A stretch of 54,849 bases of DNA from Macrostomum lignano (Eukaryota), in the NCBI GenBank assembly GCA_002269645.1, contig NIVC01004211.1, positions 1 through 54,849 of the forward strand. Reading direction: 5' to 3'. A program made the position numbers and the translations under genes. The first letter of the stretch is position 1. Each line of letters opens with the position of its first letter. The notes under the pieces were generated by a model. It was not told the origin of the DNA, made no database searches, and saw only the letters and a list, made by a program, of their open reading frames with translations. This document shows, piece by piece, positions 1 through 12,315 of the stretch.

Positions 1-98
1 TGCGGTAAGAGGCTTCACTGCATGACGCGTTTTACTGATACTGAGGATTCGTTAACTAAGAGCCCGTACTCTCATGTCTGTCTGCTATCTACTCTAGC

Positions 99-435
99 TG
101 ACTACTCTACATCAGCTGCCTACTCTACATCAGCTGCCTACTCTAACATCAGCTGCCTACTCTACATCAGCTGCCTACTCTACATCAGCTGCCTACTCTA
201 CATCAGCTGCCTACTCTACATCAGCTGCCTACTCTACATCAGCTGCCTACTCTACATCAGCTGCCTACTCTACATCAGCTGCCTACTCTACATCAGCTGC
301 CTACTCTACATCAGCTGCCTACTCTACATCAGCTGCCTACTCTACATCAGCTGCCTACTCTACATCAGCTGCCTACTCTACATCAGCTGCCTACTCTACA
401 TCAGCTGCCTACTCTACATCAGCTGCCTACTCTAC
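99..435. repeat. 18-bp minisatellite (CTACTCTACATCAGCTGC)n, about 18 copies, probably intronic in the LRRC74-like gene
   Basis: Directly visible near-perfect tandem array; explains ORF 22..444. Confidence 0.95.
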
Positions 436-474
436 TGGAACTAGATAGGAACCCAACTCAGCCCATCAGCTCAC

Positions 475-1704
475 CAGTTTATACAAGTGACATTGTCCTT
501 TAGCAGACAGTTGACAAAATCGAAGCCCTCGCCCCAGCCGATTGTCGCGCATGTTGAGATCCGCCACGTCCGGCGACAGCTCCAGCGCGTACGTGATGGC
601 GTCCGCCTCTTTGGCTGACATGCAGCGGTGCGACAGTCGCAGCTTCCTGTCTGCTGGCCGCTTCACGTAGCGGCCAACCGGATGCGCGCCGACCTCCGAG
701 CAGCGCTTCAAGTACACGCCGCGTCTCACTCCCGTTATGTCCGGCCGCTCTTTCTTGGGCGCTTCTGCAAGGGTTTATTGAGCACACTTTAGCTGAATCC
801 ATGTCCCGCTTCACTGTCCCTTTGATGTCCCGTCTCTTTGATCTCCCGGCTCACTGTTCCTTTGATATCTCGCCTCACTGTCACTTTGATGTCCCGCCTC
901 ACTGTCCTTTGATGTCCCGCCTCACTGTCCCTTTGATGTTCCGCCTGACTGTCCTTTGATGTCCCGCCTCACTGTCCCTTTGATGTCCCGCTTCACTGTC
1001 CCTTTGATGTCCCGCCTCACTGTCTCTTGATGTCCTGCCTCACTGTCTCTTTGATGTCCCGCCTCACTATCTCTTTGATGTCCCGCCTCACTGTCTCTTT
1101 GATGTCCTGCCTCACTGTCTCTTTGATGTCCCGCCTCACTGTCTCTTTGATGTCCCGCCTCACTGTCCCTTTGATGTCCCGCCTCACTATCTCTTTGATG
1201 TCCCGCCTCACTGTCTCTTTGATGTCCCGCCTCACTGTCTCTTTGATGTCCTGCCTCACTGTCTCTTTGATGTCCCGCCTCACTGTCCTTTTGATGTCCT
1301 GCCTCACGGTCTCTTTGATGTCCCGCCTCACTGTCCATTTGATGTCCCGCCTCACTGTCCCTTTGATGGCCACATCAACAATTCCCAAACTTTACAAACC
1401 TTCCAAATCCGTATCGTACGCAGCATCGTCTTGCAGCTTCATCAGCAGCTCGTCTTCGTCATCTGGCACAGCGTCAACCATGGACAGTCGAGCTTTGGAC
1501 GTCTCCACCGGTGCCTCAGTTGCCTGTGGCGCTTCTGCTTCCGGTGTCTGGAAATTTAATCCAGGGGTGGACTTGGGACGCGTGAACCGCGTGGTAAAAC
1601 AGTGACATAAAGACTCAGATATACGAATATGATAAATTTCAAGTATTCACCTGCTCATGCTCCAGGTCAACTAGATCGCCATCAGGTGCAGCCGCCTCTG
1701 CCAT
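475..1704 (-). CDS. LRRC74: LRRC74-like leucine-rich-repeat protein, 5' exons (gene continues toward/beyond window start)
   Basis: Exons 1704-1651 (MAEAAAPDGDLVDLEHEQ), 1613-1400 (...DDAAYDTDLE), 764-475 (EAPKK...YLKRCSEVGAHPV...LELSPDVADLNMRDNRLG); GT-AG junctions are in phase. The acidic DTDLE motif followed by YLKxC-x4-PV and RI-type LRRs resembles LRRC74 from recalled family sequence. Confidence 0.7.
812..1365. repeat. 24-bp minisatellite (GATGTCCCGCCTCACTGTCTCTTT)n filling intron 2 of the LRRC74-like gene
   Basis: About 23 tandem copies; 8-aa periodic ORFs. Confidence 0.95.
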
Positions 1705-3666
1705 CGTTACTACTCAATACTCAATTTGCCTGGCAAAATACCTGAGAGCAGTCTCAATTTTAAGAATCCAGTCGGATACTCTTGCTCTTTTTTATCACCG
1801 GTTGTCCCTCTCCGTTTTTCGTTTTTTTTCTGCCAGAGTCACTACCCTCATCATTGGCGTTGGCATCGGCGCGCGCATTTTTTAAGAGGCTGTCGCGGTG
1901 CAATAAAATACAGCCACTTCAGCACCGCTTGCGCACCAAACAAAACGTTAAAATGCAGCCAATGGCCTGCTTGCCGCCATTGTTTGCGCAGGTTTTCTAG
2001 CCGCTCTTTGATCTCGCCATAGGGTCTGAGAGTGCTTGAGTGTCCAACAGCGGTAGCATTTTTTGGCAAATTTTTATTACTCATGAAAAAGCGAATGGGG
2101 CGGCCTTCGTGCGGCTTCTTTTTTTACACCCTGACTGGCTGCAGTTGCAGAATTATTTGAGATGCGCAGCAATAATTTTCACCTTGCCTTTGGCTCGGTC
2201 TTGACTAATTCTTTTTTAAATTTCACCTCGGCGGACAGCCAAGGAGACCGAAAACTATAATTTGGAGAGTTTTTAATCTTTATTTTTGGGCTTAGCATGA
2301 CTTTAGAAGCAAAAATATTGCGTAGAGCGCTAAATTAGCACTGGAATACTGCTCTAAATTGGTGCTGACATATTTGTTTCTGTGATCAGGAACTGGGGCT
2401 TTGTATTTGTTACAATGACACTGACTACATTTATGGCTGCCGTGGCTCTAAACCTTAAACCTCATGGATACCAGAAGTACATAACGGTACTCTAGACTTT
2501 CTTAGAAATGCACCGTTAAGCTACGTACGAGTATATTTTCGTATCGCTTGGTGCATATAGGATGGTCCATTAGAGAGAACACATAGCGCAGAATGGGGTT
2601 TTGCCATAGACAAAATACTAAATCTATATTTAGCATCTGGAGTGGATATAGCGATCATTTTAAGTTGCTTAAGAGAAGGTCAACAAATGCGACGCTGTCA
2701 AATTTCCGAACGGTTGAATCCAAAGGAGTCGTAACACCAAACGACATATCATTTCATTCCTACCCGCTGTGCAGTATGGGTCTTTTTAGAGAAATGGGAA
2801 AAGGCCAATCCAACAAAATATTTTAAGCCAAAAGATATATTCATAAACCGACTCAAGATAGCAATGTTACTCGCAAATAATGAAGGGAGTTTTAAGAAAT
2901 AAGCTAGTGAAAAATTAGTTTCCACTCCAGATGCCAATCGTAGGACTCCTTGACTAAAGGCACCAGCGGTACGACAAATACGAGTATGCGCTCCTTACCA
3001 GCCTCTATCGTCCCACTTCAGTAGTCCATTGAACGTTTCTGGAGGCTCTCCGGGTTTTCGTATTCTTCATGAACTTTTCGGCTTAATTCGATTTCATTCG
3101 TTTGTCATGCCCAATCCCAAAGCGCCTCCTGCATATTCCAATTTTCCGTCTGTGAAAACAGTTCAAATCTGACTTGACAGTGGCGTGTTATTGAACCTTC
3201 ACCGATGAGAAGGACATGGATTTACTTTGTTTTGATACGCTCGTAATAGTACTTACTTTAAAAATTGTTTTCAGCAAAATTGCCGACCTAGCAACACAAA
3301 ACGTTGCCAATTGCTGCTTGTACGAACTAACCGTTTTTAGTCAGGTTAATTCTTGCAGGAAAAATCACGCATTCTTTTCTGATAAAAGATTGGCATTTGT
3401 TTCTCCCTGGCTCTGAAGCTGTTTATCCATTGCAGCCTGGTTGCTTCGGTCTAGGTCGCAGAACCTTGACACCTGGCGTGCTACGTGCCTTTGTTAGGGA
3501 TATTTTTTAACCTGAGACTCTGTCAATTCACCTTCCCGATTGGCGCACCTGTTCTAAACGCATGACAGCCTCAATAGACATGCCGCCTCTCTTGGCGCGA
3601 CTTCATGTATAAATATGCTCCGATAATCTGGTCTTTCCTCACCCTAGCAAGGACCTTTTAAATAAC

Positions 3667-6309
3667 ATGAATAAACTTGCCAACTTTTTCCTGTTGGCTG
3701 CCGCAGTGACGGCCGGCGCGGAGGCTGCCGCACCGAACGCTGCAGTTAACTACGACGGTCGGGATCTGCAGTTCTCTTTTCCTAGTGAGTACCGCAAGCG
3801 AGTAGAGCTCTTGTTCTGGACATTTCTGTTTTATTCACATTCTAGCTTCCTCCAGGTTTTTTCTGGTAAGATTATTTTGTCGCATCATAAGTCTCTGTGA
3901 TACAGCTACCACCGTGTGCATGTACTTTTTAGTAGTGGTGGCGGGGCCACATCCTACGGCATTCTGTCATTAATTAGTAATGGTAGTTGCTGGCGAGGCT
4001 CATAAGGTCTTGTCAAGGCAGCTGTGCAGAATGTCCTTATCAAGTCACCTCCTTGGGTTTAAAAGTTTAAAAAGGCCTTTCCTGAGTCTAGGTATTGGTT
4101 GCAATCGTGACTACCAATGGCGGGCGGATGAAGAGTTAAAAAATCAACAACTCAACGACCAACATCAGGCAGCGGAGTCAGCCTCATCGGACTGCACTAC
4201 TCCATCAACAAGCTCGTCAACGGCGTCGAAGTCGGCGATGTGAACGTCGACCTGCGCGATGCCGTTAACAACCAGCTGGTGCACCGGCAGCGGGTGAACC
4301 TCAAAGACGGAGACTATGTCTCCTACTGGTACGTGGCCATCGTCAACGGTCAGGGGTTCCAGCGAACCGGACAGCGCTGGGAGTACAGGACAGCGCCGCC
4401 AACCACCACCACAAGGTCCCCGCCGCCGACCACAACCTCGAAAGGACCTCAGCCAACTCAGGGACCTCAGACAACTCAGAAACCACCAGCTACTGGCGGC
4501 CCAGTACCGCCTACTAGTGCCCCTCCCTCTGGTGCGTGAGCAGATTGTCCTACATGTAGAACAAGTGTAACTTCGCTTGACGTTTCCCACTCAAATGGGT
4601 TCCTGGGATGTCACCTGACTGAAGGTCACTTCTTATTAACAATGCTTTGACGGGTTTTTGTTTCTACGACACTGACCATTTAAAAAGAAGACTCACCTTG
4701 TCGCTGACACCAAAATTTATTGACAGAGTGCACCAGCTATCCCTGCTTGGTGTTCGAGGACAACTTCGACTCCCTGGACTTTGACAAGTGGGAGCCCGAG
4801 ATCACGGCTGGTGGCGGCGGCGTAAGTGTCTTTGAAGTATCCTTGTTTGATCTTCCGATACAATCGTATCGTTCTGCAATACTTTCTAATCTCCTTTTCT
4901 GACAAGACTTTACATTCTCTAAATCCCTCTCTTGATCCAATTAGTATTTCTTCTCTCGTGAATGGCAATCTCATCACACTCCGTGTCGCTTGCAGAACTG
5001 GGAGTTCCAGTACTACCACAACAACCGACGGAACAGCTTCACCCGCGACGGCAAGCTCTTCATCAAGCCGACCCTGACTGCCGAGGATCGCGGCGAAGAG
5101 TTCGTCCGCAACGGCCACCTGGACCTGTGGGGCAGCTCGCCGGCCAACCTGTGCACCGGAAACCAGTGGTGGGGCTGCTCCAGGTCTGCGGGAGGCGGCA
5201 ACATTGTCAACCCGATCCAGTCCGCCCGACTGCGCACCGCCAACACATTCGCATTCCGCTACGGACGCATTGAGGTCAGATAGGTTTATTTTCGCTGATC
5301 ACGAAGCTTTTGACTCGTTTGCGTTCATATTCAGAATGATTATAAATGTACCGATATAGTATGTAGCAGAAGGGCTTCAACTTAAATAATTTTGCTAACC
5401 TTTGGCAGCGTAACATGTCATTATCTGTCAACGCAGGTGGAGGCCAAGATGCCCACCGGTGACTGGATCTGGCCCGCCATCTGGCTGCTGCCGCGGCGCA
5501 ACGAGTATGGCGAGTGGCCATGCTCTGGCGAGATCGACCTGGTCGAGTCACGAGGCAACCGTAACCTGCAGGGTCCCGATGGCAAGAGCGCCGGAGTCGA
5601 CCAGATGGGCATGACTCTGCACTGGGGACCCAAGTGGCCTCTAAACGCCTACTCGAAGACTCACGCCACCAAGTGAGCCCCGGCATTGGTAGACTTAGTA
5701 GTAATTCTAATTGTTATGTTTCTGATTAACAATAATTTGAAGTTGTATAATTAAATTTTAGGAACCTAAGCGGCGGCAAGACGTTCGGCACAGACTTCCA
5801 CAAGTACCAGCTCGAGTGGGGACCGGAAATTGGACTTGTGTAAGATTTTTTTGAAAAGCTTCGATCGGAAAAGCATTGGGTAGCGATTTAGAGAGAAACC
5901 AAATCTTTGCTCTTACCTGCAGCTTCTCCCTCGATGGCGAGCACGTCATGACGGTCAACCCGCCAAGGGCTTCTGGGAGTACGGCAAGGAGTTCTGGGTG
6001 GACGAGAAGACCCAGCAGCCGCTTGACAAAGCGACCTGGAACCCGTGGAAAATGTCGGGCGGAGCGACCCGTCTGGCCCCGTTCGACAAGCCCTTCTACA
6101 TCATCATGAACGTGGCGGTCGGCGGTGTGAACTACTTCGGCGACGAGCTGACCAACTCGCCCTACCCGAAGCCTTGGCGCAACACCGACGGCAATGCGAT
6201 GGGCAACTTCTACAGCGCCAAGAACCTGTGGCTGCCGACCTGGAAGGACGAGAAAGACGAGACCGCAATGCAGGTGAACTACGTTCGCGTCTGGAAGCTG
6301 CAGCCTTGA
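3667..6309 (+). CDS. Secreted beta-1,3-glucan recognition protein/glucanase: signal peptide + CBM39-like domain + Pro/Thr linker + GH16 domain (copy 1)
   Basis: Exons 3667-3784, 4169-4531, 4727-4821, 4996-5274, 5437-5672, 5762-~5839, 5923-6309. GH16 motifs FEDNF, NWEFQYY, GDWIWPAIWLLP, WPCSGEIDLVE, PFDKPFYIIMNVAVGG. One C is missing at 5963-5964 relative to copy 2 (frameshift, possibly a sequencing error). Confidence 0.9.
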
Positions 6310-7589
6310 AAGACTCGATTAAGACTGCATTATATTGGCTTTGTGATGAGATCTTGTAGTTTGATTTTTAACTCAATTCAAGTTGTACCTAAGTCAAATA
6401 CAAAGATACCAAATCGAAACCCATAAAATACTTGTACCTGCATTTTCAGTTACTACGAGTAAACTTACTTGTTTCTCTCTTTCATTGAACTCTCTATGCG
6501 TGGCTTGAGTTTTTGATGAAATTTTCGAGGCAGAAGTTGTAGTCGGGCTCAAGAAAAAGAGTTGCCTACGACACTAGTAAATCTCTTTCCTCAGCATAAC
6601 ATAAGCAGCTGCAAGTTCGATGACAAACGGGGAAATGCATATCTAGTGTCTCGTCTCAATATCAAAATGGACAGATGCACGACAAATAAAGCTTGGCTGA
6701 CGATCAAAAACAATTTCAAACTTGTCAATCTACATTGCTACTTTTTTGTTTGTGTAAGATTTCAAAGCGTGATTTGACGCCACTTGAAACGGTAAGTCTT
6801 CTACATGCGTTTCTATTTAGCTTTTTTCTTTGTCACCACCACAAATATTGGATAAGGGCTACTGGTTTATTTAGATTTGTACTACGCTGCCCACATTATA
6901 ATTCCTGAGATTCCCTAACCATTTTATGTGGGATTAAATACAGAAGAATAACATTATTACAATCACGTAAGCTTTTAGTCAATCAGATCATTCAGATTAA
7001 TCAATATCAGCTCTTCCGCTACATTTTCCTCGGGTTGACGTGAATAAGTTACCATGGGATCCAACTGGAACTTTATATTTTATATCTGAAGATACAGTAA
7101 AACAAAAGTTTATCCTTGAGTCCCCAACCGCTTCCTATTTCTATAGAAATCCCTAATTAAGCCCAACTCTGATATTTTCCTAGGCTAAACCTACTAGCAG
7201 TAGTGCAAATGCATATACTGTTTATTTATTTGAGCAGTATTTGCCCCACGGAGCTGCTCGGGGTAATTTAAACCGGCCTTAACGCCCAAAAAACCATAAA
7301 TTAATATTTAAAAGCCGTAAGTACAAGAATGCAAACTAGCTACTACTCGTAGTATACCTGCCTCATAAAAAATTAGGGTAGTTGGTAGAGTATATACACC
7401 TGATTAACTGCGTGCCCAGCTATACATTCGTTCATAACAGCTGAAAGCCACTGCAGATTCGCCTTACTGTTTGAAAAATACATGTAACCGCACCGTCTTC
7501 TTAACGATCGTACCGTATGACCTCTCTGTGTATATTTATACAAGCTTCCATATAACCTTGTGATAACCGATCTTTCACTCTCAGTATAA

Positions 7590-7677
7590 CTGAAACGGCC
7601 AAATTTCTTTAGAAATGAATTCGCCTGCCAAGTTTACGCCTGCTACGAGGGTCGGGAATCGCAGTTCGTCTTTCTTA
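7590..7677 (+). pseudogene. Degenerate relic of exon 1 of the glucan-binding gene
   Basis: Translates ...YACYEGRESQFVFL then A|GTGAGT, matching copy-1 exon 1 end YDGRDLQFSFP A|GTGAGT; no in-frame ATG. Confidence 0.55.
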
Positions 7678-8102
7678 GTGAGTTGCTATTCGATCGTGTT
7701 TTTACGTTCGAGATAGTGCGCTGTGTGCTCCATGGCGCACTTTAAGCGACATTGTCGCACAACCGGTAAGAGGCATTACTGTTTATTCCGCCGACTGCCC
7801 TGAGCAGTGAGCAGGCACGCAAGCGTGTGGTTACGTACGCAGTCATACGCACAGCCTTAGGGGTTGGCTCTCAAGGCCGTTAATTACGCGAGCAGAGCCA
7901 AGCCAAGATTCCAATTCAGCCCCAAATTAATGTGTGACTGCACTTGGAATCGAGCCTGGGCCGCTGGCACATCAGAGCACCACGCATTTAAATAAACATT
8001 TTTGCGCTTGTCGCAGCAGTTCGGGAACCGTGATAGCTCCTTGCGTCTACCTTTCTCCTTTAAGCTGTTATCTATATTTTTAATACACTAACTGTACCAC
8101 AG

Positions 8103-11100
8103 GCTCTGCCACCAACGATGTAACTGTGCCCACTGAGATCAGCTACAGTCGCCAGGAACTGCAGTTTGCCTTTACTAGTGAGTACGAGGTATTCTCTGCT
8201 TATTTCGTTGTTTTGGTCTTTAATTTGGTGGCAGCTGTGCCTTATGTCTCTCTAATCCTTGATCTTTTATTTGATAATTGCCCAAGACATCTTCTGGTTG
8301 GGTTTCCATGGATTGTTGGGGAAACGAAAATGAACCAAGAAATCTACTAAAAACATCAGGCAGCGGAGTCAGCCTCATCGGACTGCACTACTCCATCAAC
8401 AAGCTCGTCAACGGCGTCGAAGTTGGCGACGTGAACGTCGACCTGCTCGATGCCGTTAACAACCAGCTGGTGCACCGGCAGCGGGTGAAACTCGAAGACA
8501 GAGACTATGTTTCCTACTGGTACGTGGCCATCGTCAACGGTCAGGCGTTCCAGCTAACCGGACAGCGCTGGGAGTACAGGACAGCGCCGCCAACCACCAC
8601 CACAACGTCCCCGCCGCCGACCACAACCCCGAAAGGACCTCAGCCGACTCAGGGACCTCATTCAACCCAGGGACCTCGGCCAACTCAAGGACCTCAGCCA
8701 ACTCAGGGAATGCATGCTACTGCATGGCGGCCCAGTACCGCCTACCAATGTCCCTCCCGCAGGTGAGTTATTTAGTTAATGTAACCCGAAAATTGCATTG
8801 GACATTGCCAAGCCGTTGGTTTGCGATGCCGCTGTAATGTTGCTTCCTGGAGGTTTACATAGGTTCAAACGTTTGTTTGAAATTTCTCAAATCAATCAGC
8901 ATCTACCGACAATATTTTTAGAGGTGTGCACAGGCTATCCCTGCTTAGTGTTTGAAGACAATTTCGACTTCCTGGACTTTGACAAATGGGAGCGCGAGAT
9001 CACGGCTGGAGGTGGCGATGTAAGGGTCACAGCAAGATCGCTTGCCGTTCTTACATCCTAATCTTGTAGAGCCCTTTTCTCTGTTCCTTTTTGTTTATTT
9101 CACCTGGGCTTTGTACGTGGCTTTCTGGGTGTTTCATGTTGCTCTCGGATCAAGCTTTATGTCAGAAACAATAAGCCATATGGACCTGGTTTTTGAAGGC
9201 AAAAGAATGAAAACCTTTTGTTTTAGGCATCGGCAAGTAGGGGCAAGCAGAGGATGCATCCCTGTTTTAATTATAATTTCTGTTTCTAATCGATATTCTG
9301 TCTGATCAACTTGTGCTGATCAACTTTCAGCACAAAGAGTTCCAGTATTACCACAACAACCGAAGGAACAGCTTTACCCGCGATGGCAAGCTGTTTATCA
9401 AGCCGACTCTGACCGCCGAGGATCGTGGCGAAGAGTTCGTCCGCAACGGCCACCTGGACCTGTGGGGCAGCTCACCGGCCAACCTGTGCACCGGAAACCA
9501 GTGGATGGGCTGCTCCAGGACTGCGGGAGGCGGCAACATTGTCAACCCGATCCAGTCCGCCCGACTGCGCACCGTCAACAACTTCGCATTCAGCTACGGA
9601 CGTATCGAGGTCAGGGTGAAGTGGAGACTTGAGATGCTTTCATTTGATAGCCACAAATCGACTCCCGACTGCTTAGGCTTGGGTTAGGGTTGGTGTTGAG
9701 GTTTGGTTAGATTTAATGCCAGAGTTAGTTTTAGCGTTAGGAATAAATTCCTAGTAATTTAGGGATAAATTCCTAGTCATTTAGGGATAAATTCCTAGTC
9801 ATTTAGGGATAAATTCCTAGTCATTTAGGGATAAATTCCTAGTCATTTAGGGATAAATTCCTAGTCATTTAGGGATAAATTCCTAGTGATAAATTCCTAA
9901 AATCTCACTGGCAGTCAACTGACACTGGCAGTCAAATGTCACTGACAGTCAAATGTCACTGGCGGTCAAAAGTCAAATTGCGGCAGTTAATTGCCATAGA
10001 GCTTCATATTTAAAGACTTAGGTGGTGATGTAATGTAAGATCACGTTGTAAAATATTTGGAGTCATTTTTGTCAACTTTAAGATCCTTGCAGCATCAGGT
10101 TTTCAGGTGACACAGACTGAGTGCTGGCTGAATTGCCATTCCTCTATGCGCATGCTATGCCAGTCACAATTGATCTTAAGTCATGTTGCTTCTTTGTGAG
10201 CATTTCAAAATCAACCTTCAAATCGAGTAGTCCATCGGAGACTGGATCTGGCCCGCCATCTGGCTGCTGCCGCGGCGCAACGAATTGGCCAGCCTCAGGT
10301 GAGATCGACCTGGTCGAGGCCCGAGGCAACCGTAACCTGCGGGGTCCCGACGGTCAGAGCGTCGGAATCGACCAGATGGGCATGACTCTGCACTGGGGAC
10401 CCAAGTGGCCTTACAATGGCTACTCGAAGACTCATGCCACAAAGTGAGCATTGATGGGCTCTCACAGCTTCATGTACGAGTTGTCAGTTTCGCATAACAG
10501 ATTTTGACTTTGCTGAGATGCCAAGGCTCAAGCGGCAGTCGCTTGTTGGACAATGTTTATAGGTTTATGGGTTTGCCTATGTCTTAAGGGGAGGAGTTGC
10601 TGATCGAACAGTGTGGAATGTTGAGATGCAAAGGGTTTAGAGGAGGCTATGCTGCCACTGTTCAAAGGGATGATAATAGTCTTAGGCTAGAAAGCTTAGG
10701 GCTGGTCGATTTAGGGCATCTTTAAGAAGCTAACAATAGTGAATAGTAACGTTTATGAAATAAAGCACATGAAGCTACAATAGAAATTGCAGTCGTGCTT
10801 CTTCTCACAAGAGATATGTCCGATTTTTAGTAGGTATGAGAACGAGGTTAATTTGGGTTAGAAGTACATGTAGTGAGGACCCGTCGCTCAATGAGAGAGA
10901 CCAACATTCTAGGCCCTAACCTTGCCTCCAAAATCTTACCGTAATTAGGGGCCTATCGCGATCTCTTGTCGAAATCTGTGCCACCAGACCTGTAGTAGAC
11001 ATGTATTAAAAGCAATAAGCAATGCAGTTTTAAACGAATTTTCCATAACTGAAAAATTCCAGGAACCTAAGCGGCGGCAATACCTTTGGCAGCAGCTTCT

Positions 11101-11489
11101 CCCTCGACGGCAAGCACGTCATGACGGTCAACCCGCCCAAGGGCTTCTGGGAGTACGGCAAGGAGTTCTGGGTGGACGAGAAGACCCAGCAGCCGCTTGA
11201 CAAAGCGACCTGGAACCCGTGGAAAATGTCGGGCGGAGCGACCCGTCTGGCCCCGTTCGACAAGCCCTTCTACATCATCATGAACGTAGCCGTCGGCGGT
11301 GTGAACTACTTCGGCGACGAGCTGACCAACTCGCCCTACCCGAAGCCTTGGCGCAACACCGACGGCAATGCGATGGGCAACTTCTACAGCGCCAAGAACC
11401 TGTGGCTGCCGACCTGGAAGGACGAGAAAGACGAGACCGCAATGCAGGTGAACTACGAGTACGTTCGCGTCTGGAAGCTGCAGCCTTGA
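8103..11489 (+). pseudogene. Tandem duplicate (copy 2) of the CBM39-GH16 gene, disrupted
   Basis: Exons 8103-8177, 8360-8762, 8922-9019, 9331-9609, ~10231-10443, 11063-11489. Frameshift near 8721-8725, 5' end of exon 5 lost, frameshifting deletion near 10285, exons 6 and 7 fused by deletion. Confidence 0.8.
9740..9900. repeat. 22-bp tandem repeat (GGATAAATTCCTAGTCATTTAG)n, followed to ~9975 by short CACTGGCAGTCAA repeats
   Basis: About 7 visible copies in an intron of copy 2. Confidence 0.9.
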
Positions 11490-12315
11490 AAAATAGGTTG
11501 AAAACATGCGTTCGCTGCACTGTATACGCCACATTGAGTGTCTTAGTGATAGTCTTGTGAGTACGCTCGTAACTCGAAAAGACAATGTGCTGGGATTGCA
11601 AAGTCCGGCAAACTCTGATAAATATTTCCTTCCCTCATCTCAGTGGCCAGCTCACAGACAAAAATCCCGTCTTGATTCGATAAAGTCGTCAAAAAATCTC
11701 TGCTCAGCTTCCACTCCAGATGCCATCTTTAGGGCTTCATGAACACGATCCACGCGAAAAAATACTTATAGCACATAGTCCATGATTACAACCAATCTTT
11801 AGACATTGCAAGAGAGCTCAAATTTCTAAGTGTCTGTCTACCAGGCATTCTCTGGGGAGCCAGCTTGAGCTTTGTTTGTTATTCTTAACTTCAAAATTTC
11901 GCACAACTGTTGCTCCATTTGTTCATTGTGCCCACTTTTTCAAACTCTAAAAATAAATCATTGTCTGCAGGGGTCAAACAGACACTCGGCCATCAGTTTT
12001 TACTTTTGTCTTGCCTTTCAAAGAAAATATTTATGCCGAAAAGCTTGGTAAACACGATGGCATCCAAGCTTTCCTGAAAAGGCACTAAGCCAATGGGACA
12101 CTTCTCGAATTTTCGCTCAAAAATTGTTATGTTTTTTATGTTCAGCGGCATCTGCATAACAGAAATTTGGCCTGTTTATGGAAAACAGCAGGATTGTAAA
12201 TTTCCTGTGTGTATAAATATGGCAATGTATAATCAAGACGCTAGGTTTTAGAATACGCACGTAACCAGAGCTGTCTCTGACGTCATTAATAACTCCGTAT
12301 TCCAATAGAATTGTT

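Noticed and set aside
99-435. Similarity of this 18-mer to the 18-mer at 46.7-48.0 kb (shared CTACTCT and CAGYTGC)
   Set aside because: Short, low-complexity match that could be chance
9676-9740. Telomere-like TTAGGG stretch
   Set aside because: Only one or two exact units within degenerate G/T-rich sequence
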